The notes beneath the pieces are model-generated. The model did no database searches. It was not told where the DNA came from and saw only the letters and a program-made list of their open reading frames with translations. A stretch of 64,000 nt of DNA. Origin: Lepidodermella squamata. Lineage: Eukaryota > Animalia > Gastrotricha. Numbering within the stretch: position 1 is the stretch's first letter; every line of letters starts with the position of its first letter. The stretch covers positions 2,728,001 to 2,792,000 of the forward strand of contig JBLDXI010000002.1 of NCBI GenBank assembly GCA_047495785.1, read 5' to 3'. The position numbers and the translations under genes were made by a program. Positions 26,270 through 39,412 of this stretch are shown here, one piece after another.

Positions 26270-29200
26270 CTAGGGTGCTTGAGTTGTTGCCGCGATCCGT
26301 AAACATGATTTGCAGCACACAGTGTTGAAAGCGGTCGCCGAACTGCTTGCCGGGGTCGGGTACTTCCAGGGCGACGGGCGGACGCATCGGCCGCAAAATA
26401 CAAAGCCACAATGCCAACAATGCCGCTAAAAAAAAGAGAAAAAAACCAATTCATTTTTTTCCGAAAATGATTCCATTTATAAGAGAAAAAGTATCCCAGA
26501 ACAAACGAAAACGAAAATGCCTGGGCACAAATGTGAAACATCTCTCGATCGATTTTAATTCAATGGGCAAAAATATTTTAAATCAAATTAATTCAATTAA
26601 AATGTGGGTAAAAAATTTGTAAACTTGGTTAAAAATTAAGTGACCGCGGCGAAGTTAAACATGTAATTTTGCGAATTTAATATTAGGCCATAAAATCACG
26701 GGGCGATTGGTGAACAAATTTCGAATACTATTATGGAAAAATTCATATGATTTTGAAAATAAAATCGAAATTGAGATTTTCGCATAACTACAGTTCACTG
26801 CGAGTTAGGAATAAAACACGTACCTTGCGTTCAGCAGCGTGAAATGGGACGCGACACGATCGACAAGCGACAGTTTTGCGTAGACTCTGCCACTCGACTG
26901 CAAGGGGCGGTCCACTTGTCGGCGTCGGCATGGTTGTCGGCGTTGAAACAGTAGGCGACGGTAGGGGCAAACTGGCGGTTGACTCTAAGTCGAGAGACGG
27001 CGTTTTCGAACCAGCCCCATTAAGGCGTTGCGCAGGTTCGCTCGACCTCGTTTCCGCCATGAGCGGGTGCTGCTGCGAAGAATCGACCACTGCTTCGATC
27101 GAGGGCGACTGCGGTTCGTCAGACTCGCGCTCGCCGTCGTAATACTCACCGCCAGGCGAGTCGTCGTCGTCATCCACCGTATTCTGCCGCTCGGTGATAC
27201 TTTCGAGTTTTGACGAGGCCGGCAACGCGCTTGCGGTCATCGAGTTCGATAGGCCGAAAGATGACGGGAAAAGCTGGGATAATTGAAGGGCCGATTGGCT
27301 GGACACGATTCCGGCCAACTTGCGCCGAATCACGTCTTCGGACTTGCCGAGTTGGCGACACAGCGACGTGATCGATTCTTCCATCAGCCGGACCTGCATT
27401 TCAAGCGAGGCGTTGTGCTCGAGCAGCGCGTCAGCGGCGTCGTGCGGCGACTCGCGGGGCAGGATGGCCGAGTCGAAGCGCGCGTACATGTTGCGCCACA
27501 CGAGCAGGTCGCGGGAGAGGCTGGAGAAGCGCAGGCGGCGAGTCGCCATCGCCTCGCTGTCCCGGTTGTACATCGGGTTGACGTAGTCACTGACGTGTTG
27601 CTGCACGAAGCCCCAGAACGAGTGCGTGCGCTCGCCCAACCGCAGGTCGAACCGGTCTTTCTCGCAGTTGCCAACAAATGTGCCAAATCGACAGGAATGG
27701 GCTAAAATAAAAAATATAATTAGGTAAAGGAGACGGCTCAGAAATTTCGAAATTTGAGTTTTTTCAAATCGAAAATTGTGCAACCAGGCAGTCCCATTTG
27801 TTTCGTCCTTTCGAAAGGAGCCGAAACTCCTCATGGAGCCCATCTTTCATGAGAAGTGCAAACGAGCCAAGCCGATAAAATTTTAGTTGAAATAGCTGAA
27901 TTTACTGGATCAGATTAGGCTTATACTTATAATCCTCACTATCACCAATTTTAAAATATCCGCCTTAATTTTATGATTTCAACTTAATGCGAAAATTCAA
28001 TCCATGTATCCCTGAAGATGGTTATCGAAAATAGCAGAAACATCGGAAATAAACTGATAGCGCTAAATTTCAGAATTCGAAGATTAAAAATCCAAAAAAT
28101 CCGAAGATCAGTTCGATAAATATAATTACAAACTTTTCTTGTTCTTAGACTGAAGATGGACGTTTGAAATAGAATAAATTTTCTCGCTCGTTCGATCAGA
28201 TCCTCAAATGGCCATTTTTTCACAAATGTTTCTTTATTTTTTCAGAGTAGAAATGATCTCTCAATTATCAAATTTTTAGGTGTCAAACAGAAAATCGATA
28301 TATTTAAAATCGATTTAAAAATTTGAAATTTTTATATGCCACCGCGATAGTCCAAATCGAAAATTGAAATGACGAAAAATTTAGCTAAAAAACTCACTCT
28401 CTTCATGAAGTTCCGTAAGGAAGCGCTCGTTGAATTGGAAGGCTGTAGGTTGTTGCCGCGCAAGCTGCATGACGCAGTCGAGAAATTGCAAGAAGATGGG
28501 CGAAACTTCGTGCCGGCTCGACGATGCCGCCGACGATGACGAAGAAAGTGTGACAGCATTGCCGTTCGAGTCGTTCGTGTTCGCCGAAAAATAGACACCA
28601 GTAGAGCCGGCGCTGGTTGGGGCGTAGCTGGGCGCAGAAGCGGCGCTGCCGCCAGTGGTGACAACGCAGCCGTCGAGGTGGCCGCATCGGTCGGTGAATT
28701 TGTGCCCGAAGGCGAGGAAGTCCTTCTCGATCAGCATCTGGAAGCCATGCAGCGTCCGGTAGTACGGGTCCAGCAGCACCTGGGCGAGAGCGGCCGTTTG
28801 CGCCGTTCGGTCCCACCCGTCTGAGCAATGAATCAGCACTGACCGCCCGCCTTCCACTTCGTCGGCGATGAAGGCAGCAGTTTCAAGCAGAAGCTAAATT
28901 AAAAATAAAAATAAAAAATTTAAAACATCCTCCTTAATATTTCAGAGAACATTTATCCCGTCACAAAAATTTAAAATTATTAATTGAGATTGGAATTAAC
29001 TTTAAATGAAATTAACCAAGCGCTAGGGTGTAGATGAGATGTCGATTCAGCATTCTTTACTTGTAGATACCCTTCGATAAGTGGCGGGGCTGAGGTTCGA
29101 AATGTTTTCGAGCCGCGAATAAGCACTGGTTGCATCCATCAACAGCAGTGAACATAGCTGATGGCTTTATTCAAGTACACATCAAAACGAAAATCGACCG

Positions 29201-31372
29201 ATCAGTAATACCGATTAGTAATGTGTCTGTTTGTGCGTGACCTCTCAACGTGACCTGCACGCCTGCCACGTGACGCATCGACCACGTGTCTTTTAAATGC
29301 GCACTGATAATACCGAATTGCGAGGTTAATTGCCAATCAAACTTACACTTTTGGCGAAAAATAATGACCACAAAATTAAGTAACGAAAAAATTGCGTTAA
29401 TTGGCAAGTTTCGTAAACAAAACGCACTTTAAATTTCTATCAAATAATTGAGGTTAAATAATTAATATTCAATCGACATTGTCCACCACCCCGAGGCTAT
29501 TTTCACATGCTCCATCGATTACAGCCCTCTTAAAAATTATCAGAAAATTGCCTACGGACATGATTTTGTAAAAAAAAACGCAACATTAATGAGCTAAAAA
29601 ATGCGCGTTGATCAAGACAGCTAATAATATCGATTTTTCTGGGTAATAACTCGCAAAAAAACTCACTTGTAAATGGCGCAACCAGCCGGACTGTTGAATT
29701 CGATTCGTGTACTCGGAAATTGACAAGTTGTGTTGCGATATGGCTAATATAAAATTTGGAATATATGTATAAGCAACGAGTACACTCAAGTTTTTAATTA
29801 ACAAACCATCAATAAGCTTGGCTAGCGAAGATCGCATGACGTGAATGTTTTCGATGGGTGCAAACTTGAAACGCATGCTGGTGTACTTGTCCGGCGTTTC
29901 GTAGCCCTTTCCGGCCATTTTATTACCGACAGCGTTAACCATCGGCCGAGTGTCGACGACCCACAGAAATTCTGAGCTAGGGTTAGTCGCTCGAATAACC
30001 TCGAGCAAATCTTCGTCTTCTTTGCATCGCGCTGAAAAGCCGACCAATGGCTGAGCGCATCTGACTATACTCGCCTTGTTGAAACGATGCAGGTATGTCA
30101 GAACAGGTAGACGGCCCCGGCTGCGAAATCGCGAACTGGCGATGATCATGTGGGGCGTGGCCCGTTTTGGCACGATTAGACACTGCGGGTAGGTCTCGCA
30201 TAACTGGTAATTGGTATTGGCCGGCGCCAGTTGCCACTCGTCATTCGGAGCTCCGAGTCGCAGAAATTCAGTCTGCAGGTCGAAGTAAGACCAGCCCTGA
30301 CTCCTGGTCAAATTATTGTCAAACTCGGTCGGTTGCCATCGGAAGCAATACAAATCTTCGATAGAAGCTAAAGAAAAAAATTGCGTAAATTTTGAATTAA
30401 ATCGAAAAAAATCAAATTACAGCATCGCATAGCGAGGGAAGAAATAACATCAGTACATTCACGGTCTTTCGCGCAGACAAAAGTAAGGCGGTTGAAGTTT
30501 TTGCATCGAATAACCAGCGGATTGCCTTCGGTTGTAGCCGGCAGCCGTTCGATCGAGTCGACCAAACTGCGCACAACCCATATTTCCAAGTTGTCTTTAC
30601 TCAGGAAAATGATCTCGGTCAGAGTGATGTAAAGCGTGCCTTCAGCGACCTTGCGGCCATTTTTGGCCAGCCAAAATTTGACTCGCTCGATCTGTTGTGA
30701 TAAAAAATTGAAAATAATTAGAATGAGAAGATTAAGGTGGATCGGCTACTTTGTAAGTAGGCACATGAACAAGGCGAAAAATGTTGGAAAAAAGATCACG
30801 GAAGCCCATCGGCTAGGCGTGCCGCGTCATCTCAATGATAATCAGCAGCAGTTACAGATGATAGCGAGAAAATGACGACGGCAACTAAGGCAGCAGCGGC
30901 AGCAGCAAAACAACGATTTGGCTGCACTGATGCACGCATGGACGTCGGCTTTAGGGAGCGACGAAACGCGATCTGAAGCGCGAACAAAACGAAGGACTTT
31001 TCTAATCCCTTCCTAATGGCGACTACGCGAACTGTTCCGCAGCACTGAACTGTAGTAAAAACAGCGGCGCCGAGTGTCGAAATGTATATATCGTATTACT
31101 AATAGTATGAATGCGCCACGCAATATTATGTGGGGGTATGCGCGACAATAATGCTATGTTGCTTTTTATTGCGGCAAACATACAAAAATTGAAATTAAAA
31201 AAGGACGCGAGTAGCACGGAAAAATCGATAGGTAAAAAACGCAGTAGCGATTCCACCAGGGCCGCGGATTTATTCACATTACTCGTCATATAGACATACA
31301 GTTATATATAAATATTAGCCTATATTTACTTACCCTGAGGGTATCCAGCCGATTTGAGCTGTTTGGATTCAT
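26270..31372 (-). CDS. MTMR6/7/8: Myotubularin-related phosphoinositide phosphatase, MTMR6/7/8 group, with C-terminal FYVE-like domain; exons 31372-31334, 30691-30421, 30367-29807, 29743-29667, 28893-28398, 27701-26824, 26425-26270
   Basis: PH-GRAM (GTLYIT...EIW...[16 protein letters not shown]), [12 protein letters not shown], intact catalytic [10 protein letters not shown], coiled coil, and a Cys-rich FYVE-like end (CRSC...ERK|[12 protein letters not shown]...VCCKSC). Confidence 0.93.
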
Positions 31373-32761
31373 CGGCGCGTTTTTTAAACAACTAAAAAAG
31401 GAATAACGGCAATTATAAAACGCGCCAATTCCTCTTTAGTTTATTTCCATGTCACATGAAGAAGAACGAGATGAATGAATCTGCGTAGTAAATATATAAT
31501 GGTCTCTCTCTGGTCCAAATGTCGACAATTTTAATATAATCGAATAAACGTCGCTACATATAGAAGCGTGAGCCTCAAAAACGACAAGATTTCTGCAATA
31601 ATATAAGTATAATTTGCCAAAAACGAAGAGCTTGAAAGAGAAGCGGCACAAAAATCAGTGAAAACATTATCTATATCCGGAATCAATCACCAGAAAAAAG
31701 AATGGGCCATCTCAAAATTTATTGGTCCACCCTGACTTGTAACACTTAAAACGAAATCATTCACACAAAAATAAGGAATTTTCAAATTTGAAAATTGCAT
31801 TAGTTTCCTTACCAACTAAATTTTTTTTAGAAAAGTCACCATCATAATAAGAAGCAGATTTACAGCCTACACCGTTTGAATGTCAGCCTTGTAGAAAAAT
31901 ATTGCAGAGCGGAGTTGAAATGGACATGAAGCAGCATATTTCGTGTGTATTTCCCGAAAAATATTTGATATATGAATGCATAAATGAATCCTTGGCTCAT
32001 CATAATTATTTACAATATTATAAGGTGGATCATGGAAAAAATTGAATACATGAGCAGCAACCCGGTGCGCAGACGACCAGCAGGAAAAGAAGAGGATGAG
32101 AAACGCGAACAAAATATCAACTAGATGTGTGCTAGACGACTTAAAACCCAAAATTTGAAAACTTCCTATGTAGCTTTAAAAGAGGTCGTGAATTGACGAA
32201 CACGTAAACACAAACGCAAAACGAGAGGCGATAACAAGAAAAGCGTCAATTTGAATGAAATCGCATAATAATAACAGCAACACAAAGAGGAAGCGAGAAA
32301 TTTGATAGTAGCAAAAGATAAATTGTAGTATATGGTCAGAAATTTTGCATGGAAGACACTGAAAGATTGTGCCGTTAGAAGTCGTATTACTACGTTGCAA
32401 TAGACGGAATGCTGAAAATTCACCAGCCTTAAAATATAATAATAACAACGTTTGTCATTGCGGCTTTTCCTGCATGATGATGCCTGATTGCGTTAACTGA
32501 ATCGATAAAAATTGCTCCTTTCGCATGCCCCTTGCTATGATTTGAGATGCAACAAAATTTCCATAATATAACGATGATGGCTATGAAGTAAATAGTAGTA
32601 ATAATAGTATGGTTCCGATGTAAAGGAACAGAACTAGAGAAGTAATAGTAGTAGTAGTTTTCAGCTTCTTAACAAATAGTGCGATGCGGATACTGCGCCG
32701 TTCTATCGATTCGAGTGGCCAGGAATTAAGTAATGACGACTCGGACGGGACGGCACGGCAC

Positions 32762-34028
32762 TTAGTCGTCAGTCGAGTCCGACGCCGCCGCAAACTCCTG
32801 CGATGCCTTCGTGTCTTCTTGAGCCGTCTCTTCGTTGACCGAAGGCGCTCCGAGCAGCTCGGTAATCGTCAGCACGTCGTCCGGGTTCAACCGTTTCGTC
32901 GTCAACTGCTCCGGGAACAGCCACGGCTTGTTATTCGGGCCGTTCTTTTTCTGCACGGAAGAAAAATCGATCAATTTTATTTATCTCTACGCATAAACGA
33001 GCGAATCAGTTGTATTGATTCACGTCATTTTGCTGGGCAAATAAGTTTACCTTCCACTCGGGGTATTTGACACAGCATTTCTGCAGTTTTTTGACGAAAC
33101 GAGGGGCGAAAAATGTTGTCCCTGCAATTAAACGATGCATTTAATCATATGAACCTGGAAACTATCGATCTGCGGCACAAATCGCACATTATCTCAATGA
33201 GAGCGCGGCGTGGAATTTCACATTTTAGAAAGCAATTTCCTCAGATTACTTTTTCTCAAAATATTGTCCAATTCGAGATTCAAAATCTAAACCCATTTTT
33301 ATGCGAAATTGAAAATTTATTTGACCCTACTTCATAATTAACCCATTTTTATTAACAAGACCAGCCATATTTATGAACGAACCTTTGTTGACGAACCAAC
33401 TGGGCAATTTCCCTTTCGGATCGGACTGTGAAATGTAGTGCAAAGTACAGCTGTTGGCATCGTTCGCGACAGCGTAGAAAGCCGACAGGTGCGAAATGCC
33501 ACGGATAAAGCCTTTTTTCTGCGGCAACTGTTTGTGGTTAACCGAGTAAGAAAACACGTAGATTTCTTTGCGGAGATCGAGGAAAGACCGGAGCAATACG
33601 TAGTCACGGTTGGTGATGGGCGGCGGGCAGCGTACCGAGTAATAACCGATGTCAGTGTTAGGGGCAAGATGGCAGATCTCATAACTTTCGATCATCACCG
33701 AGTCCCAAGTTTTCCGGTAATTCGGGTCGAGGAGCACGTCGAAAAGCACCCCGATCGGAACGTTGTGGAACGTACTTTTCACGCGAACGCAAACTAGGTC
33801 CGAGACGCTCTTGTCAAATTTGACCCAAACTGAGGTATCGTTCGTGCTGTAATCGAGCCGCCATGCATTGTTGTTGACTGGAGACGATCCGTTACTGCTG
33901 CCGTTAGACACCGGTGAGCCATTCGATTTCGCACCATCCGTGTTAAAAGACTCGTCTAACCCGAGGCACATATTTTTGATTCTTTGGTAATCACTATCCT
34001 CGGGAACACGAACAGCGCCAACCTCCAT
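32762..34028 (-). CDS. STARD10: START-domain phospholipid transfer protein, STARD10/PCTP-like; exons 34028-33383, 33121-33051, 32950-32762
   Basis: DVLLDPNYRKTWD, DIGYYS, NRDYVLLRS, SDPKGKLPSWFVNK, then FFAPRF.KKL...CVKYPEWK and NKPWLFPEQ, as in STARD10. Confidence 0.88.
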
Positions 34029-34270
34029 AATGAACAACGAGAATAAACTAAATAAATAGATAAAACCTAGGGAGACAGTAACGTAAATCAACGTGAAGTT
34101 TATACCGCAAAAAGGCACATTATAAGGTGGATCATCGATAATTGCACGACATGCATAAATTATTAGTAGTTCACATCATCATCAGATACAGGCGAAACAC
34201 GCAGGTAGGCTTTACAAGCAGAGATCATCGCAACAATTAATTTATTGACATTTCAACCCAACAACCATGA

Positions 34271-36121
34271 TCATATTGTTCCATTACGAACAGACTCCAG
34301 CTTAACTGGCATCATATTGAGCATTTCAACACAGGCATCGTACTCTGCTTGCACACGCGGAATCGCGTCTGCATGACGATCACAGTAGGCTTTGATTTCT
34401 TTGTAATATTTTTCGGCCGATAAGAGGTAGGCCAGTCGCTCCGGCGTTTCGTATGAGATTTTCTTCGAATACAGCCGGGCCATTGATAAATAAGCGCATA
34501 TAACCGGTCGCACATCTGCTTCTCCTAGCGGGTCAGGCAAAGGTTTCGACACGTCGTTCATTGGTTGGCGCAACGTGTTTAAATACTTGTTGAATGCAAC
34601 CAAACCGGCATCAGCCCAGCTGTTTACCTTGTCTTCGTGTTTTGACGTTGAAACCGACTTCGATTTTTTGTGATCGATAACAACTAGTTCGACATCGACC
34701 ATTTTCACGTATGTTTCCGCCAGCTCGTAAACAAGCTGTCGATAACGCATGAGGTAGAACTGTGGGTTCAATCGATCAATCAGCGCGCTTAGCATATCAA
34801 TACGCCGCCGGTGCATTGCGATACGCCGTGACGCATCTGGTTCGATCGAAGCCATAAACTAGACAAAAAAACAGAGCTTCTAAGTGGATATAACTTCAAA
34901 TGATGATGAGTCCTACTTTGAAAAGTTTGCTGTAGCTCTGAGTTATGTCAATGTAATCGTTACAATGAGTATCCACTTGAAAGAATGTATCCCTCGCCTC
35001 CAACAACGAGCGCTGCGTCAACAGAAACACATCACGAGCTTCATCGTAATTTTTCGGCAGCATCTTCGGTAGCGCGCCTTCGATTTTCTGGAGGTCGATA
35101 TCTAACTTGGCAAGACCTGCTTGAACCAAGTAATCCGACTTCTCCTTGCCATTCATTTCGTCACTTCCAATTTCGGAATTAGTCTCGATTTTTTTGCCTT
35201 CAATGAAAGTCTCGACAAAATTGTCGAGCAGGCTCAACCCGAGATTCGCAACACATCGGTGCATGCATGCATGAAATTCCTGATAATCATCCGGTTTTGA
35301 TTCACGAATTCGCTCTTCCATTGCAAGAGCACAGGCGAGATAGTGAACAGCCGCGTCATACTTCCGATCGTCCAGAAACACCTGAGCCAAGCTTGCACAA
35401 TTGATGGCCCAGTCGTGAGCGTCGAACGACTTTGTATATTCCAATTGACGGGCAAGAGTTTTCTGACAATAAAACGCTGCCTCGTGTTTGTGCCCTAGTT
35501 GCAGATGAACTTGAGCCAAATAGTAAAGCCCGTGTGTATACAGTTGATGATAGTAATCTAATCGGGATTTAAGAGCTATTTCTTCTTCGGAACCAATGAG
35601 AAGGCCTTCTGGAGTATGAGGTGGATTGGTGTTTAGAAAACCTTCAGCAAGAATGAAAGAGGTTTTGGTTCTCTCCAAGTAAGACAGCGACATGTCGACC
35701 TTGCAACGCTTGCAAAGAGTAACGCCAAGCATTATCTGGCATTCCATTCTAATACCCCAGCATTCATCCTCGAAAGACTCGCCGGATTGAAAAAGTGACA
35801 ACGCTGATGTCAAATAACGCTCAGCTTCGTCATACTCGTCAGCATCCATGCTATTTTTTCCGAGGAGAAGCCGAACAGCAGCTAACTTTGTGACCACATC
35901 ATCCGACTGTGGATTCCTTGCAAATTAAAATGGTTAATCTACATTACTGAACACAATCAAACTCACTTTTCCATGAAACTAGCTTCTGAAGCGAGTAGTA
36001 ACCGTCGAGCATCAATCTGCGTGGCTTGAAGGTCTTCCTCGGGATCTTTCAGCTTGCTCAATTTGAAAACTTGTTTCAACAAGTCAGTTGGGTCATCTGG
36101 AGGTGTAGATAGGTCGGTCAT
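34271..36121 (-). CDS. KIFBP: KIF-binding protein (KBP/KIAA1279), TPR-like; exons 36121-35967, 35916-34917, 34858-34271
   Basis: YTHGLYYLAQV, YCQKTLARQL, DWAINCASLAQ, MHRRRIDML..L...LNPQFY....RQL.YELAE and ACVEMLNMMPVKL motifs typical of KBP. Confidence 0.9.
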
Positions 36122-37076
36122 GGTCATATCGTCCAGTCCACTAAACTCTGGTTATCTTGTACATCAGATCTAAACAAACAAATAGGAAAGACAGCTTTGT
36201 AATATTTAGCTCTCAACTTAAGGATTTGCTCAAGCACAGAAGTAGATGATTCCAATAGTAGTAAAAGCATGGAGAATAATTTAAGGGCTGAAAAATCGAC
36301 CACCTTTTGGTTCAACAACTAGAATGTGATATGTGATGATAAGGGCCTAGTATTATAAAAATTGATGCCATCGAGACTTACGATAAACGTTTTCACCTGC
36401 TCTTTGAAGACGATCTCGAAAGTCAGAAAGTATGAATAAAACATATAATGGTGAAACGCAGCAGCTATCATCCTTTGCCAATAAAGGCCGAAACTCGAAC
36501 AAGACAACAATACAAGGTAGCAGAAGAGACAATAAAGTCTTTCCACAGCGCACAAGGTAATTATAACTGGCATTTATACAAAAGTTGGTTCTCCTTGCCG
36601 AATTCCAGGCAGAAACCAGAAACCAACAGTATGCAGTATGCCCGCTTACAACCAACCCATAACAGTGCAAGAAGCTCAAAATCGAAGACACATCGCAACC
36701 GCTAAAAATTGGTAGACAATGCCTTACGCCTTGAGCCAGTCAAACAAGTCAACAAGTGAACAAATAGAACTCTTTTTCACCCGGAGTACCCGTGAACCAT
36801 GCAGCCGGGGTCCGGGGGCCGCTTAGAGAACCTCAGACACGAGTTTGGTATAGCACGGAGGCACCAAACTTCAGATGCAAAACCCAAAAGCTTGAACAGA
36901 AAAAAAACCTAAGCGAAAAAACGCGGTCATAAAACTTAAAATTTATGTCAAGGTCATTATTCTTTAAAATTTTTTAATAAGATTGAGTGATCAACCAAAA
37001 ATACCTGATTCTTGTTATGCAGAAAATAAAATGAAAATAAATAAATTTATTATACGTGACAATCTATCGGAAAGAC

Positions 37077-37114
37077 AAAAATAGCGCAAAAATAGCGCAA
37101 AAATAGCGCAAAAA
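37077..37114. repeat. 10-bp tandem repeat AAAATAGCGC x3
   Basis: aaaa atagcgcaaa aatagcgcaa aaatagcgca aaaa. Confidence 0.9.
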
Positions 37115-37178
37115 GAGACACGAGAGCGACGAAGCGATGGACGTTGACGTCCATCGCTTCGTCGCTCTCGTGTCTCTT
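37113..37178. repeat. Perfect 32-bp inverted repeat with 2-nt spacer in the divergent intergenic region
   Basis: aagagacacgagagcgacgaagcgatggacgt-tg-acgtccatcgcttcgtcgctctcgtgtctctt; the arms are exact reverse complements. Confidence 0.95.
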
Positions 37179-37907
37179 GCGTGGAGAGAGAGGTCGCCGG
37201 TACCTGCAAAACCTGCAAAACGGCGCACGTTCGAAGCTTTGTTTGAGGTCAAAGAACGAGCAGCAAACAGCTTCGCAGCTGGCTACCTGCAGCCTCAGGT
37301 TTTAGCTAGGATAAGGGCTTTAATTGAGTGATCTAAGGTTGCAAAGTGGCGCTTACTTATTCGAGGAAAGAAATGATTGATCTACAGACAGCTGACCATC
37401 GGTCACACGTCTCTCTATAGGTTTACTACACACTTCATCATTTTTTACTTTCCATGGAAATTGTACATGGTCAGTCGTCATTCGTGATTATTAATGAAGA
37501 ACGAACGTACACAGTACACAGATCATACCATAAAGCTTTTCTCTTGTCCAACATACCTAATCTTTTAGTGATTGCTCTGACCCACTACTTTTAGCTTGGG
37601 TTTTTTGTTATATACACCTCCCACTGGCGTTTAGTATTGAGTAGGTATTGAGTATTTATTGCTTGACAGTCATCCATCATCCATCGCAGGAAATACGTCA
37701 CATTTTGTTCTGTGCATGGACTGTTGTTCAGCGTTATGAGTCACTCGTTTCTCGGAACTCGGAACTCGGAAAATCTTGCCATTCTGATTACCTCGTACCT
37801 AGGTTCGCACTAGCTGTCAATTTCCCCCTAATATTGCATTTCCACATATCAATTGTTGCTTATTTTGCCTTTTTGTGCTATTTAGAGTTGTAATTGTAAG
37901 CATCACC

Positions 37908-38962
37908 ATGTGGGAGCGCATTTCAAAATGCTCCAAAATGATGATCATGATGATCAACCTGTTATCATTTTTTACGGCTCTAGTGGTTCTTGGCCTCGGC
38001 GTTTGGCTAGTAGCAGACCGATTTGAAATTTCAGAGCTGCTGGGTACCCCAATTTATCTAGTGCTTGTATCGCTGTTCCTGATTTCCGGAGGTATTGTCG
38101 TCTTGATAAGCTTCCTCGGATGGTACGGCGCATTTCGTGAATCAAAAACATTCCTGGTTGTTTTCTCTGTACTGCTGGCACTTTCTATACTTGTACTGCT
38201 GGTCGCCATCATTATGGCAGCGTCTTTCCGTGGTGAACTTGGTCAAAGGATGAATGACACAATGCAGCAAACTCTCATGTACGATTACGGCCACAGTACT
38301 AACAATCGTACCTGGAACTGGATCATAACGACAATGTGGGACTCAGTTCAGCGCAAATTGAATTGCTGTGCTGTTGACGATAGTGGTTGGGAAGTATATC
38401 AGCGATCACGATGGTTTGCTTTACAGGGATCTTTGCCACCTACGATGAAGAAATATGTTCCACTGACTTGTTGCAAGTACGACGACTACTCTGGATTTTA
38501 CCTGAACATTCGCTATTGCCAAAATCTGCAGTCTGCCCCACCCAACGTCATTGACGGCGCTCGAAACCGGTTTTTGTTTTACGATGGGTGCTACAAACGA
38601 GGCTATGAATTTGTGTCCGCGAGAGGCTGGGTTGTGTTCGGCGTCGGCTTGTTTGCTCTAATAGTCATGATACTGCATCTCCTCGCAGCTATACATTTGA
38701 TAAGGGTAAGCGTTCTCTGCGAAATACACTTTCTTGGTTATAGTTCTCTTTGTATTTTCAGAAACTTGATGAATACGACAGTCCACGAAGTGAAAAATAT
38801 GACCCCACGCTCCAAAGTGGGGTTGGTGATCCGTATGCATCGGGTGGTCAGTATGATGGCGACTACGATCCTAACAACGAATACCCTGAGTATCAACAAC
38901 AACAGCCGCAACACTCATCAATGTACGCACGTGGGGACGAAGATGACCAAGTCACACTATAA
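37908..38962 (+). CDS. Tetraspanin (CD151/TSPAN11-like); exons 37908-38705, 38762-38962
   Basis: Four TM segments, ISFLGWYGAFRES, EC2 with six Cys (CCA, VPLTCC, YC, GC); Tyr/Asp-rich tail ending QVTL; AATAAA at 39329. Confidence 0.9.
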
Positions 38963-39412
38963 TTGGTCAACCTCTATATATAGTTTCAAAGTCTTAAGCG
39001 GTTACTTTTAGCTGATATCGCGTGTCTTTGCATGCCGAATTGATGTCCTATCGAGGTTGTGTTTTACAAGTAATAATGCATCTTTTTACAATTTTTTATA
39101 CACTCGCTATTTCAAATTTATGGTTGTGAATTTGCGAAGCAAATGCCGAGGTTGTGAAAATTACTTCCAGAGTTTTAACTCGCGCTTCGTGAAAATTGTT
39201 GCTATCATTTATGGATGCGGTCCGATTAATAATTTGCTCTCATATGCTTACTTGTTTTGCTTATAAGTTACTTTTAACATTATCCTTGTTTCAAAGGCGG
39301 ATATTGCTCGCACTTTTTATATTTAGAGAATAAATTCATTCAAATTTACCTGACGTAATGTATATCAATGTGTTATTTAGACGTATTCTGTTAAATTTGG
39401 TATTTATTGGCG

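Noticed and set aside
38361-38375. Tetraspanin CCG motif changed to CCA
   Set aside because: All six EC2 cysteines are retained. I recall similar variants in invertebrate tetraspanins, so this is not clearly novel.
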